Source of the DNA: Cenococcum geophilum
Taxonomy: Eukaryota
Direction of reading: 5' to 3'
NCBI GenBank assembly: GCA_050273025.1
Contig: CP158635.1
Location: 2,294,001-2,358,000 of the forward strand
DNA length: 64,000 nt
Positions 34,700-49,600 of this stretch are shown piece by piece. The translations under genes and the position numbers were made by a program. Under the pieces are notes generated by a model. It saw only the letters and a program-made list of their open reading frames with translations, had not been told where the DNA came from and did not search any database. Numbering within the stretch: position 1 is the first letter of the stretch; each line of letters begins with the position of its first letter.

Positions 34700-37600
34700 T
34701 ATAAATATTAAAGGCCTATAGCTACTACCGCTCTTAACTTTTATTTAGTGTCCCTATTTAAGGGTCTCGCTACTAATAAAGTCTATAATATCCGTCTTTA
34801 CTATTTTCCTTATATTCTAACGCCACTAATATCCTCTTTATTATTATTATCCTTATTATTATTACCGGCACCACCCTAGCTATTATTATTAGCGCCCTCT
34901 CTATTAGCCTTATTCTACGCTTTAATATAATTACTAGTACTACTAATATTTGCTACACCCGCGAAGTTAGGGATAGTAATATTAAAGTTAACGTCTATAC
35001 TATACAAAATAGGCGTGTAATTGGCTATATACTAGTGGTAGATACACTATATAGTTTTATTAACGTTAAATAGGGCAATAAGTTGCTAGAAGTGCTCTTT
35101 CCGCTTAGGATTTTTAAGGTTAATAAATACCTTATTATCCTTACACCACTTCTTAATTTTATAATATGCGGTATTTATAAAGGTTTTATTGCCGGTATAA
35201 TAATTATAGACTACCTAGGGACTACTAATAATAATAAGGCCCGCTTATAGTCTAGTAATTATAAAAAGGTTCCTTACTATATTTTAGATAAATTTTAGCG
35301 GACCGGCGACTATTATATTATATACTAATAACTCTACCTAGCCGCCTTAAATGCCGTTAACGGTAAAGACCTTAATCTTAATAACTACTAGCGTAAATTC
35401 CCGCTACTTACTGCTATCTTACTAGGCGTAGCACTATTCTTTAAGCGCATATAGCGCTGCGGAGTAGATGGTAAGTTAGGCTATATATAAAATAGTAAGG
35501 CTAACCTCTAATAGCTTAAATCTAAAGTCTATTAGCGCTATAGCTACCTAAAATGCGCGTTAAGCGTAGACTAGGTTATATGTTAATTGGCTAAGCTTAT
35601 TTACCTATATAGTACTATTAACGGTAAGAAAGGCGATAGGGTAGTCGTAGCGCAGCATATCCTTAAAAAAGCTCGCCGCTAGCTTTAACTACTCTTAGTT
35701 CTTAACTATTAGGCTTATCTAAAGCTAGCTATATAGTAGGATAGTATTTATAAGATATATAATATCTTTAATAAATTAATATTATAGCGAGAACTATACT
35801 ATATCCGTACTAGCCGCAAGAAGACATATATAGAGGGAGATAGATTTCTAATAGTAGAACGGATTATCGAAATTAGGACTAAGGATTAGTTTTAGTTAGT
35901 ATATATTATTAAGAAGAACCTAAGGTATAGGGTCGCTAGCCTAGATCTATAGACCTCCCTAAATTAAATATAGTCTGCTCTAGGCGAACCTAGTAAGACT
36001 ACCTAGCTTATATACCTTTTTGGCCTTATTATGGAAAACTATATATATAGCGCTAATGGAATGTATATAAGTCTATAAGACTATATCGGGTATTATAAAA
36101 ATAATATTAGCCTTCTTAGCTAGGTCTATAATAACTACATTAGCCGCAAGTATTAATTCTATCTTATTATCTTATATTATATTATTACTAAGCGTAAATT
36201 AGTATAAGTATTGGCGGAATTTGGTGTATTTAGTTATATTAGGGTCTGCGATAGGATATAGGTTTCTATTACTATCTAGAATACCTATAAGGCGTAATAA
36301 CTACTAACCTTTAGATAAATCTATAACCTATAACCACTTATTAAAGCTAGTGGTATTACTAGCCTTAAATATATAGTAGAGTAGGAATGCTATATTTAGT
36401 ATAGACGCGTCCTTATTAATTATAGCATAGTTATCCTATTCCTTAAAATACTTAGGATAAGTATTAATGCCTGCCGCTATTTGCTATATAATAGTATCCC
36501 GCTTATAGACCTTAGTTTCCGTTAAGCGTATATAGCGGTAAAGGATAATAGGAAATTTAGCGGGATGGCCTTACGTAATTAGTGCCTTATAGTCCTCTAT
36601 AAGTGTATTATTAATTATCTTAGCTAGCATATCTAGTTGGTAATTAAGTGGCGATAGAACCTAGATTTTAGTAGGATCCTATTAGGGCGACCTAAGTTAA
36701 TACTGGTATTATACTAAAATAGTTAGAAAGATTGATTTCCTAATACTACTAGGGCCTTATATTAGCAAAATACCGCCTATTATATATTTAAGCGTAGTAT
36801 AGGTACCCGTTTGCTCTTTATTAAGTAGCAGTAAGATAACCTTAAGGGCATTATTAACCGAGTTCTTCCTATACTTAGTAATATTATAGTTAAAGTAATT
36901 AATACGCGGGAGATCTGTAAAGTTGTTAGATAGTATAATTTAGCGCTTAATATAGAAACTATCGCCTCCTTACTATAGGTAGCGTAGAGTATTAATCTCT
37001 TAGAAGATTCTAACCTTAGGGATACGCTTAGTTATAAGATATTTAATACTCTATACCGTAATTAGGGCCTTACTTAGGTTACTAACTATTATAAAGTCGT
37101 TACTACTTAGGATATGCTCCGGAATAAATATAGGGTTTAGTATAAACTTATAACCCACCTATAGTTAAAAAAAATAAAAGTATAGTAGTTATAGCCGGAG
37201 CTAAAGGGAGTAGTATTAATAATAACTCCTTTCTAGCTAGCCTAGCTATCTACGTCTTTACCTAAAAATAAGATATTAATAATAGAGTTAGTATAAAGGG
37301 CAAGACTATTAACTATCTGGATAGTAGTGTAGTAGACTTAATCCGCGCTACCTAGAAAGGTAATAAGATAAATAATAGTAGGTACCTAGGGGTTCTAATT
37401 AATGGCCTTAAGGCTTGCGACTGTGGTATAGAACTAGACCATAAAATACTTAAAAATGCTATTAAACTAATACCTTGCGGGGATTTTATACGATAGTCAG
37501 TCCTCTATTAAGAGCTATATACTAAGCTAGATATTTATATTATAGTTCTTCTACTAGTGACCTAAAGGATTGTTAACACTCTGCTGTTATAGGCTTATAT

Positions 37601-39100
37601 TTAGGCTTACGATATAACTATTAAGCTATTTAGTGCCTAGCGTAAAGAAGTGGATAACAACTATAGGACTATTTAATAGTATATCCTAAGCTTTATAGAT
37701 TTGCGGCGTAAATAGGCCAAAGTCCCTATTAATAAAGAAGTACTTACTAAGTAACGTACGCGTACCTAGTGCGAGTTTATTAGAGGTAATAACAAACCTA
37801 ATATAGTAAAGTTATAGGGTTATAGCATCTTGCGGGAGAATATGAGTAAGATGCTTAAGTATAGTTGGATGTAATAGTCGTTAAGTAACTAGAGAAGTAG
37901 TATTAGTAGTATTAACCTTAATATCGCCAGTAATATTAGCATCTATAAATTAGATAGACGCCATCTTATATAAATAATAAGTAGGTATTTTACCGGTCTT
38001 ATAAAACACCTAGAACGTAATACTATATGCTATAATATGCTTTTTAATAATTTATATAACAAACTAAACTATAAGGTAGTTATTATTTGGAAGCTAGAGT
38101 GTATTTAAAGGTTCGGCTATTATAAAATCGCTATCCTCTATATAGGTATCTAGATTATTTACTAGGCTATCCGCTACTAGATAGAAGCTAGCTATATTAA
38201 GAGGTTTAGGTAATAAAGAGGTGGTAGCTATACTTAAAGCGGTAGTATTTAGTATATCTACCTTACCTAGAGCGGTTATAGCGTTTATTACTTAAATTAA
38301 AGTAGGTCTACTTATGTAATTATTAATATTATGCCCTATAACTCTATAGTTCTTATATGCCTAACTATAGAAGATAGTTTAATAGTCTAAGGAGTTATAG
38401 TTTAAGTAAGTCCGCTTCTTCTTGCCTAATAGCTAGGGATAGTCTCGCTTTCTATAGCCTATAGTACTATATTAGTTGCATATTATACTAAAATAGTTAC
38501 TCTTAAGATAACTGGCTTCCCTATAATTATTATATATAGGGTTAAGGTAGTTAGCTTTAAGATAACTAGCCTTACTATAGCTATAATAAAGTTAAAAAGC
38601 TTTTTTAAGAGGATAATTAGCGCGTATATAGCCGGTAGATAGATAAAGATAGTATTTTAGAGCGTTGTTAGCTAAGAGGTATAGACTGCCAAGCTTTAGA
38701 AGAAGAGGCTTATTAAGCGTAGGGCCCTTATTATTACCTTATAAGATACTAGAGCCTATAGTTACTATAGTTAAGGCAATCTTAAAAACTATAACGCTCT
38801 TAGCAAACTTTTTGTAGTTATAAACGTAGTTAACGTCGCAAGTTATAAAATAATTAGTAGGTAGGTCTATTTTAGTAGTAGGCTATATTAAGCGGTAGTC
38901 TGTATAAATATATTAGTAAATATAGATTCTCTATTATATAGCTAAGGCTAAAGATAAGGTAGCTAATATACTATATTATAAGGCTCTATAGCCTAAATAG
39001 ATTTATAAAGGCATTAGTTATAAAGGTAGATGCTAATAGGGTAGGAGTAAGGGTAAGTAGTTAGTAGAGTTAGGTTAACTAGTAAAGGTAAGGAAATAAG
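34700..39100 (-). pseudogene. UPF1/DNA2-NAM7-like superfamily-1 helicase
   Basis: De-RIP motifs in order: LNEEQ, LLIQGPGGTGKS (~36735-36765), VFHDEA (~36030), D.HQLKP, NPF..Q..ISL..RL, Y.AQ, VFTVDGIQGG (~35350), RNL..ITR..AGLIII; acidic tail. Confidence 0.85.
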
Positions 39101-39708
39101 GTATACCCTAATAAAATTATATAAGTAAGGCCTTAGCGGTAAAGTATATAATTATACACTTTATAGGTTAAACGCGTATAAGGGTAAACCTATAATAACG
39201 AAACTAACTTATAGAGAAAGACGCGGTATAGTATAAGTTATAGGGACTACCCTACTTAGCCTATTTCTTAATATAGACTAGGCAATAGTTTAGCACTATT
39301 AAGCTTTTGCAGTTTATAATGCGAGTATATAGATATATAAAAGGGTAAAGGAAAAGAAAAGCGAGTAGTAAAGTAAAAGTACTTTACTATAGGCAGGCTA
39401 ATTACATTATAGGTAAACGGAAACTTAAACATTATAATCTGTTAAAAATGTCACTAATAAGTATAGCTTACCACTACTAGAAAGTATAAGTCTTTTCCTC
39501 CCTTAATTAGTAAGAGAAAAGGTATTATTAACTAAATAATCTTTTACTCGAGTATTAGGTAGGGAGTGGGATATTATAAAACTATATATAGTTTTAAATA
39601 GATCTAAAATAAAAATATTAAATTTAAGAGACTCTAATATAATAAATATTATAGTAAAATACTAACCTCTTATATAACACTAAATAGATAAATAGTAAGA
39701 TAAGTTAA

Positions 39709-42700
39709 TGTTAGACTCATAAGGGGATATCACGTAGCTACGGTTCGTAGATAGTATAATGATTGTTATTGTATATTGTAAAAGGGGAAGGGCAAGGAAC
39801 TAAGTTCCTCGCTACGGTAGTGTCGCGGCGACACGTAATAACACGTGACGACCGCTTGCCCCATTCCCAACACTAGCAACTCTTCTTTTATGGTTGCCAT
39901 CTATATACACTTATAGATTGCCACTATATAAGGATATAAAGCTAAGGAGAAGAAAAAGGGGAGGGAGGATATTAGGGTTAACGCAAATACAAAGGGGCCA
40001 CTAAGGCGCTAGTGGTAAGCGAGCCAATGGCGATTTTCCATACCGGGCATGGAAAATCCTAATTAGCTAGATTAACAAATAGCGTTAGTAGAACTCCACA
40101 CCGCCACCCAAATCAATTAGGCGCGGCGCTCTTGGCAAGAATCTAACTAATTAGACAACTTTAACCAGCGGTCAAAGTTCTATAAGATCTTAACTTCTCT
40201 AAATTTCCCTCTTAACCTAACCTTTAACTCGCACACACAGAGTATTTATATTAACGAATGTCTCTAGTGCCTTATTTAGGTTTACCTTTATTATCGCATC
40301 TACCAGGTTATTTTAGCTATTAATCCATTAAATCTTAAAGAGTTCTTAACGCTCGTAGGATTGCTAAAGTGCCATAATATTAATTATAAGGCGCTTCTCC
40401 TTTGTGGTGCCAAGCTTAACTAAACACTCGTAGAGAAAGTATAAGTTAGTGCACACAATTATAGGAATAGCGGGAATTTTAAGTTAATCCGTAATTATCT
40501 TAAGGGTAGTTCCAATTATAATTACTATATTAACTCCGCTAACTATTCCATATATCTCTAACGCTAGAACGCTTTAAGTAATACATTTACTCTTAGTTAA
40601 GCTCTAATAGATAAGGTTACCGTAGATTATAAAGTTATTCTCTCTAGTAGATTCGTTCGCGATAATGATTTTATATCCTAACTAGGAGCTAAAATCTTTA
40701 TTATTAGCGAATAATCTATTAATAAACACAAAGATCTTAGCGGTGGGGAGATTAATAGGTATATAAAGTAGCCCTCAGTCGAGATAATTTATCTACTAAA
40801 AAAGGCGCTTATTTAAAGCAAGAACGTCATCCTTAGTTAGTTCCTAGTATTAGGCGGCAATAGAGAGATCAAAGGAAGCCTTAGGTTAATAGATAGAAGC
40901 AACATAAGCCCCATAAGCGCGTTATTCCACGTATCCTTATTTTAAAGAATTAACGTTAACAACGTTAATCTTCTTACCTTAACCCTTCTAGCGTAAAGCA
41001 ATGGAATCCTCATTTATAGAAAGGATACATCTATTAAAGAGCAATGGTGTTATTAAATTAAGTCTTTCCTTTAGCTTTGCTATAAGATTTGCCTTTACTA
41101 GCTTATCTTCTTTAAGAGCTAAGAATTGGTCGTCTCCTAAGATAATTATATTATTAATTTATATACCAATAATTCTAAATAGAGTTCCTATAGTTATAAT
41201 AAGAAAGCAGGGATTAAATATAAAAGTAGTTATTAAAAGCTTCTCTTTATAGTACTTGCTATAAGTAGCCCACCAATAAGTTCCTGCCTCTGCGATTCCG
41301 TATAATGGCTTAAGCACAACCATAATCGTGTCTTTAGGATACTAGTGGCGAATTTACTCCAAAAGGTATGCTAATATCAAGCGCTAAAGGTGCGTCTCTA
41401 ATTGGGTATAGGCTTAAGTAATATCTCGCAAATAAACTGCCATTTTATTCTTTATTAAGGAGGAAGCTAATATAACAATAACTTACTAACTAGCTCGTTA
41501 AATTATAGGAGATTATATAAGAATTATCTCTTTACTATCATTATTATAACCTTAGATAATAAGCCTTAATTTCTTAAATAGGGCATTAGTAGCTTTACCC
41601 TTAATCTCGTTAACTATTCTTAACTTAAAGATGCGAACTTCATCGAACTTAGTAGGGTCATATTTCTTAAATTTAAAGACTCCTCTTGCAATAAGACCGT
41701 CGATCTCCTGCTTATTAGATACTTAGAAAGGAGCTCCTAGGGTTATAATATGACCTTCCTTTCGGAGCTATTTTACAAGCTTAAAGTTAGCCTTCTCTTT
41801 AGCTGTTATAAAGGCCATTAATAACTTAACTCTACTCTCTATAGCAGCAACAAATTGCTCTTTAAAATTAATAAGATATTAGCAATTTCGTAATCCCTTC
41901 GGGCGACCTTTACCGCGTCGTAGTTGCGGCACGTCTACTACAATTATATTAGGATCACAGTCGCCTTCTAGGGCACGTTAATTATAGTTCTCCTCTAGGG
42001 CATCTTCTAGGGCATCTTCTAGGGCATCCTACAAAGGCTCGGAACTGTTATCTTTATAGTAAGGCCTAATAACAGTTAAATAGAATTAAGTAGGTCCATA
42101 GGGCATCTAAAGAGTGCAAGTTTAACCATTAATTACAATAAGTTTATATGGGCCTAACCATCCTCCCTTTTTACGCCATACCCGTACTTTAAATTAGAGT
42201 AGCAGATTAAGCGTAGTTAAGGTATTTGGGCCATTTCTTATTCCTAGTACATTATTAACCTAGCGCGTAGCGTAGAGACGTTATACCTCTTTCATTACTT
42301 TACAAATAGCCTCGGCTCGTTACACAATAAAGGGAGATAGTAGAGAATTATTAGTTATTTAAGGGTAGACGCCAAAGACTAGCAACGTAGGTACGAGCCT
42401 ATCTAGACCAGCGGAGTCGTTAACAGCCTTAACAGCCATCTATAAGATAAGCTCTTCACTAGCATCCTCTAGTTCTAAAGAAATAATCTTATATACTTAG
42501 CGTAGTGGCGTATAATATCGTTTTACTTTTCTAATACTATTATATGCCTTAATAGGGACTTCCTTAACCTTAATTGCCATTACTTTTACTTATTACCAAA
42601 ACTCTACAGATAAGAAATTCCTTTTTATATTATAAATAACTTAATCTAGGGGTCCTAAGTAGACATTAATCCAGTATAATTAAAGAGTATCCTATGCGTT

Positions 42701-45621
42701 CCTAGCTAATATATCCTTTAGGAAGCGTGCGGCTTAAAAGAAGGTTAAGAAGTTAATAACTTAGAGTACTAGCTTGCCGCTAAGGTATATAATATCAATA
42801 ATAATACAGAAGTTAAAGTTATAGTTATCTTTAAGGGTGAACTTAAATTGGCCAGGGGACTTCTAGTTCATTTAGCAGTAATAGCAGTACTTTATAAAAT
42901 GCTTAATCGTCTTAACCTTAACTTTATAACCTACTCGCTAAAGAACCCTAAGCAGTCAGTAAACGGATAGGTGGCTAAAATAACGGTATAGTTAACGTAG
43001 CTCTAGCTTAGTTAAGTAACTTTAAGCAACGCTCCTTTCTAGCTATTAAAGGAGCAACTAAAGGTAACCCCACTTACGTATAATAGGCACCCGATTATCT
43101 CCCTAAACAAGCATATTCTTAAGGTTATTAAGCTTAACGCCTAATCTATCTATATCTTAGATGCAGAATAGAAACGGGGTATTCGCGGGGACGACGTGGA
43201 AAGTAATATATCCTAACGGGGTTTGGACCTTAATTGTACTAAAAGAGATTACAGTACCCTTACCAAAGCGAATTATATATTAGCCTGCCGTTAATTAGTT
43301 AATTTAAATAAAGCTATTAAGCTGCTAAAGAGCTTAAACTTAAGGTTCTCCTACTATGGATACTCCCGCGGCTCTAGTATCTGGTATAATACCATAAAAG
43401 ACGTTCGCTAAGTATCTATCGTTAAAGGAAAACGCGGAACTTTCCTTTAGCTCATTAAAGATATCTAACTTTATAATAGAATGGAACGTAGATTGGTCAT
43501 TAAGGATAGCAACAGTTTATATGCCATTTACCTTACTATACTTAGTAAAGTATTAGTTAGAAGAGTAGTCCTCAATATCTATATCCATAAGGAGCTATTC
43601 AGCCTCATTAACCTTATCCTTAAGGTCTTCTATGCCTTCATATTAGACCAGAAAGCTTTAGAAGTAGGCCACAGTAACCTTACAATTTCTAACGTTTCTC
43701 GTACTTTATCAGAACTTATTATATGCCTCCTTTCGCTCGTTAAAAGAGTGTCTATTTAACTAGCAATTTAGCTTCTTACAAACATAGCACTTCTTCTAAT
43801 AGTTATTCCGAAATGAACCTCTATAAGGACCTCCACAATTACTTTATAGTCGACGTTAATTATACCCTTTACCGTATTCCCTACCACGGCCGCCATATAT
43901 TCAATCAGTCTAGTTATAATTATATTAGTCAGGAACGCTTAGTTAGGTAGGGCTTTTAGTATAAAGCTGTTAAGATTCTTATATTTATATCGCAGTACCT
44001 ACAGCAGAGCGTAGCTCGGCATATACTCCTTTAAACGTATCCGCAGGTTTATATAGCGCCAAGTTACACTTAGGAACGCTATAGCATACTAAGATAACCT
44101 AGTCCCTTAGGCTGTTCTTATTTTAGTAAGTTTCAGTAAGTCCGTATTAGATTTTCTGGAGTTTATTAAAGAGTAGTTAAAGGCACTTTAGGCAAGTCGT
44201 TGTTGGGTTAAAAGCGATAACTCTCTAGAATATAGTCTCCCGCCATTCGGATATATAGAGTTAGCGGTTCTTATCGGTTTTAAAGTAGGCTCTAGTAAGC
44301 TAAAGCATTATATTAAAGCTATAGTTTTTACCTACAATATAGTCGTAATAGAACGTCACCGCCCGTCCCTTTAATATAATAGAGAAAGCATAATGGAACT
44401 GGTGGCGTTAAATTCTAACCTTATTACAGCAGTTATAAAAGACCTATAGTTTTACTCCAAGTATATCGTACAATTCTCCTCCAAACTTCTTCTCTTCGTC
44501 TAAATATACCTTTATTAGATTCGTAACTTCTTAAAATAGAGGCTCATTGGTTAGCTAAGATAGAGGAGTTAAAGGTAGTAGAGGTAGAGGAAGAGCACCT
44601 CTAGGTAGTAGAGCACCTTCAGGTAGGAGAGTAGCGTTCTAGGGGTTTCGTTTTAAATTAAAGTTGCCTTCCAAAGAATATAAGTTGGTTTTGGGTTTCC
44701 GTAGTTAACGTATAATCTCAGCTTCCGTCTATACTAGTTCTTCTATACTAGTAAGAACGGCGTAAATATTACTAGCAATTAGGTTACCGTCCTTAGCAAC
44801 ATACACCCCATTCCTTCAGAGGGAGTCTTAAAAATCCTAAATAATATTAACATTACCAAGTGCCCAGGTGTCGGCGGTCCATCCTATAAAATCCTCCCTA
44901 AAGTATTCCCATAACTATAAATCGGTATAATAGCTATCTTAGTAGAATAGAATATGGTGTAGAAGAAAGCCGTTAACTTATTTTGCGGTATAGGTTATTA
45001 CATTAAAGGTAAATACGTCCCAATCTTTATCGATAAGTTTCACATATATAGCTACCCCTAGTAGTAAGGAGTCTCTCCAGTCGTTTAGAGTGGCCATAGT
45101 TATATCTTCGGAGAAAGGGAATATTGGTAGTATAGGGATTATCATTTGGTACGCGTTCGTAATATATATTTGCAATTATAGGGCTCAGGACCAGTTCTAG
45201 CCTTAAATCGCAAAAACTCGTAACGCGTATTGTTCTGCGTAATAGACGCAAAAATCTATAATCTGGGGAAGGCTTAGGACCAGTTCTAGCCTTTAGATCC
45301 TTAAATTCGTAGAAGAGTTCTATTTAAGGTTTAGGACCAGTTCTAACCTTAAAAGATAGCTTCCCTTAGCACGAGTAGCACTGGTACAGTGGCTTATCTC
45401 TTCTTGGTAAATACCTAGCTATTCTATAGCATAACTGTGAAGTTAACCACTAATCAGTATTGGACTCATAAGGGGATATCACGTAGCTACGGTTCGTAGA
45501 TAGTATAATGATTGTTATTGTATATTGTAAAAGGGGAAGGGCGAGGAACTAAGTTCCTCGCTACGGTAGTGTCGCGGCGACACGTAATGACACGTGACGA
45601 CCGCTTGCCCCATTCCCAACA
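39709..45621 (-). mobile_element. Full-length Ty1/Copia LTR retrotransposon (5,913 bp)
   Basis: 164-bp LTRs 39709-39872 and 45458-45621; TSD gttaa on both sides; minus-strand gag-PR-IN-RT-RH order (YRYFSHLSV, LKPLYGIAEAG, FANNKDFSS*LGY). Confidence 0.95.
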
Positions 45622-45931
45622 GTTAACGTTGTTAAGTAGCTAGATATTAGTATATATAATATATCTACTATCCTAAAATGCCGTAAAATGCTATAAAATG
45701 CCGTAAAATGCTATTAATTATATAAACTTATAATATAAGATATAAAACCTCCTATTACCTTTTATAGTAGATATATATTTAAATAAGCACTAGATGTTTA
45801 TATATAGACATAAATCCCATATACTAGATAATTATTATTCTAGATAAACTTATCCGGTAGGCCCTTAAGTACTATATAATATAATAATAATACTAGTAAT
45901 TATAAAGTAAGTATAATATGTTACTGTTTAC

Positions 45932-46233
45932 TAGAAGTACTACCTGTTATATACTAAGTACTTTATAGTAATAGAGTCTGTATATATAGATATAGGCTAG
46001 CCCTCTAACTTTAGTAGCGCGTATATTTACTAACTTTATATAATAATAAGAAATATAGTAACGCCTATAATAAGTATAATATATTGCCGTCTATTAGAAA
46101 TACTACCTATTATATAATAAATACTTTATAGTAATAGAGCCTATACGTATAGATATAGGCTAGCTCTCTAACTCTAGCGGCGCGTATATATACCGACTTT
46201 ATATAATAATAAGAAATATAGTAACGCCTATAA
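45932..46233. repeat. Two ~138-bp direct repeats
   Basis: 45932-46070 matches 46096-46233 with mostly transition differences. Confidence 0.8.
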
Positions 46234-46659
46234 CCTTCTATATTTTATTATACTGTAATAACTAGTTACCCCTTTATAGGCACTTAATAAATCGCTTATA
46301 TTAAAAACTGTAAAAGTTTAGTAGTATTAAACCGCCACCTAGCCCTAAATAGGCTAGGTAGGGTAGTCCCTATAAGTTATATAATTATGCCCTTATTTAA
46401 CTATATAGTATTAAGTCTAGTTATATTTACCCTAACTAGTAGTAGTAAACTATAGCTAATTTCACCTCTATATAGGTACGTGTGGGTAATTATAAGATTT
46501 ACCTCTTTACCTCTTCTTAATTAACTTTATTTATTTTACCTTTTATCTCTCCTATAACTAACCTCTAACTATATCTAATACTAGAGTTATACTAGTATAG
46601 CACTAGCTAGCTACCGTACGAAGCCCTTTTACTTTAATAGTCACCTTTTACTTAATATA

Positions 46660-49600
46660 TGCTGTAATATTATATATACCTAACTAAATAAGCGACTTAA
46701 TAATAATGCATATATAGGTAAAGCCGGATATGTGGTATAAGGCGAACCTAAAGCTAACTAAAGATATAGATATTGCCTAAGGCTTTAGAATAAGCATTAA
46801 AAACTATAATAGACTAAAAGAGACAGTTAAAGATATTGCGATTAAAGTTAAGCCTAAGTATATAATATATTACGATAACTCTATAATAATAAAAGAAGGG
46901 CATATTAAGGAGTTTTATAAGTAACTTTTGTAATTTATTAATGCTCTACCGGATTAAAAACTATAGGTAATTTTAAAAATTATAGGAAGTGCTTATTTTA
47001 ATCGCGCAAGGAGGGTATTAAGTACCTCTAAGAGTAGGCACGCTCTGTATAAATATATATTACCCCTAAAGACTAAAGCATAAAATAAGATAACGCTACC
47101 TTAGCTGCTGTATACGATATAGCCTATAGATGTTACTATAACCCTACTATATAATATCCCTTTGCCTTAGCTAGTAACCCTAGTAGTAAGTAACGCAATT
47201 AATATAGGAGATATTAAGATTGAAATTTAATCCATAGGCTTAACGGGTAGGTTAATAGTTGGGGTAGTTTAAGTCTTATATCTAATAAGCGGAAACCTAT
47301 ATATAGCTTTAGGTAAGCTATAGGAGGAACTACAAGCCTATATAGAGCTTAATATTAATAGTCCGCCTAAAAAGAATATTTATATATTGCTATAGAGATA
47401 TAAAAACCTTATAATACGGTTAGAGGGCATACTTATTGTAGCTCTTAGTGAAATAGCGAGAAATGGTATAAAGGAGGCTATGCTTATAGCATTACTCTTA
47501 CCTCCTAGCTTAAACTCCTAAGTCGCTGCCACTAATAATATACCGCTAGCTATTAAATCTAAGGCGCTTAAATATAACGGACGTAGTATAAAAGATAGCT
47601 AGCAAGTCCTAACGCCGCGTAAGGCTAGCGGCAAGAGTAAACTAGGAGAAGGTAAGAAGTAAAGTTAATTAGGATTAGCAGTATATAGCTCTAAAGAAGA
47701 TAGTAAGGGTAAGCCTATTAGATATAAGAAATTAGATAATAGTAAGACTAAATTAAGTAGATATAATAAGTAGCCTTAATTAAGATTAGTAATAAGTACT
47801 CTAGTAAAGAATAATAAAAGCAAGCCGGCCGCGCCTAGGAAGTTAAATAGTTATAAGGCCAACCCAAATAGAAGTAGGAAACGCCCTTAAGTAGAATTAG
47901 TGGTAGACACCTTTATAGAAAACAGTAATAACGAGCCGGTTATGCGTAGAAGGTAATTAGTAAAGGGAAGACGTAACCCATCTGCCTATAAGCCTATATT
48001 AGCGAGTAATATTAGTACCGGAGAAATTGCTATAGATAATAGTAAATCGCCGTAACCTATTACTGAACCTAAAGGTATATACTAGCCTAATAATATAATA
48101 GACGACCTTATTACCACATTACTAACTATTAATACCCCTTAAGATATTACTGTAGAGGATAGTAAATTGCCGTAACGTGCTGGTGGATATAATAATTAGT
48201 TCTTATATTATACTAACTCTAAAAAAAAAAAGGAGCTCTTGCTGCACCCGGCCTAAAAAGACCAAAACTAACCAAAAGAACCCTAAAAAATACCTAGAGA
48301 ATCCCCCTAAGATACATGCATCGCAGGGGAGGCACACGTCAAACGACGGTAGCTTGCACTCGCGCGCGACCGCTAGAACTACGCCTAGCAATGGCCCTCT
48401 ACAATAAAGACGGGCGAATACCACACTATAAAGCGGAAATACCTCTATTAAGAAGGTATCTAATAAAATATAAAGCCTATTGGACGTATCTAGTATCCAA
48501 AATTGCGGGGGAGTAATCATTAGCCATAACGAACTAATGCAGCTAGTAGAATGGCTCCGCCAGTCCAGCGAACCTTAGGCGCCCCTCTAGTAAACCCTTA
48601 ATTAAATCCTCTAATGGCTAAGTAAAATTAAAAATAAGTATAACCCCCCCTTACCGGCGAACCGCACCTAGGCCGCCGTAGCTGCGCTTTTATAGCATAG
48701 GGAACCTACCCCCCTTAAGTTAATAACTGGGCATATAATTATAATATAACTAAATATAGAATAAGTAGAGGGGCTTAGGGGATAATTAGAAACAGAAGTC
48801 CTTATAGAGATACGCAAAGAGGTCTATAACGCTATTATAGTCCGACACCTTAAGAGTAGAGATATTAGAGTTACCCTAAAGGATTAATAGGTAAAGGAAC
48901 GAGCTATAAGGGTAGGGGATAGGCTAGGAGAACGTATTGGCATAAAAGTACTCCGTGAGGATTACCTAGTTGAAGTCCTAGCGGTTCCTATAAGCCTTAG
49001 GGTAGAAAAGGGACGCTAGGCGGACAACATAGTAATTATATAGGAGATAGTAAGACAAACGGAACGCCTTATACTAGGACTTGAAATTACCCAAATCTAA
49101 TGGCTTTAATAAGAAAATATAAACTAAGTATATAATAAGAACAATAAGAGGATATAAGGGTCGCTAGAGACTCGCTAGGGAGACGCCGGACGAACGCATA
49201 GCTCCCTTATCGTTAGCACACATATACCAGGAATGTAAAAACTCCTTATCTAAAAAGGAATAATTATAAATGGCCTTATATATAATATAAGGCTCTATAA
49301 CCACAGACTACGCCTAAAATAATACTATTGCTATATATAATGGGGATATACCTAATCTATATGCGTAGTACAGGTGTGCTGCGGCCACTATACAGGCCCC
49401 TACAATATAAGACATTGCTTAAATTAAGACTAAACAAAATGCGTAAACTGCTACCGAAGCATATATAAGGCGTAGGAGAGAGAAAACTGTATTAAATACA
49501 GGAGACGGAAGGCAAGGGCTTAATAGCTGCGGGAATAACTGCACGCTAGGTTATACAAATGGAAATAATAGGCGATAAGCTAGGGGGACGTAGGCGCCTT

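Noticed and set aside
34940..35520. Plus-strand frame with an apparent gtaagt intron
   Set aside because: Shadow of the minus-strand helicase frame, which carries the conserved motifs.
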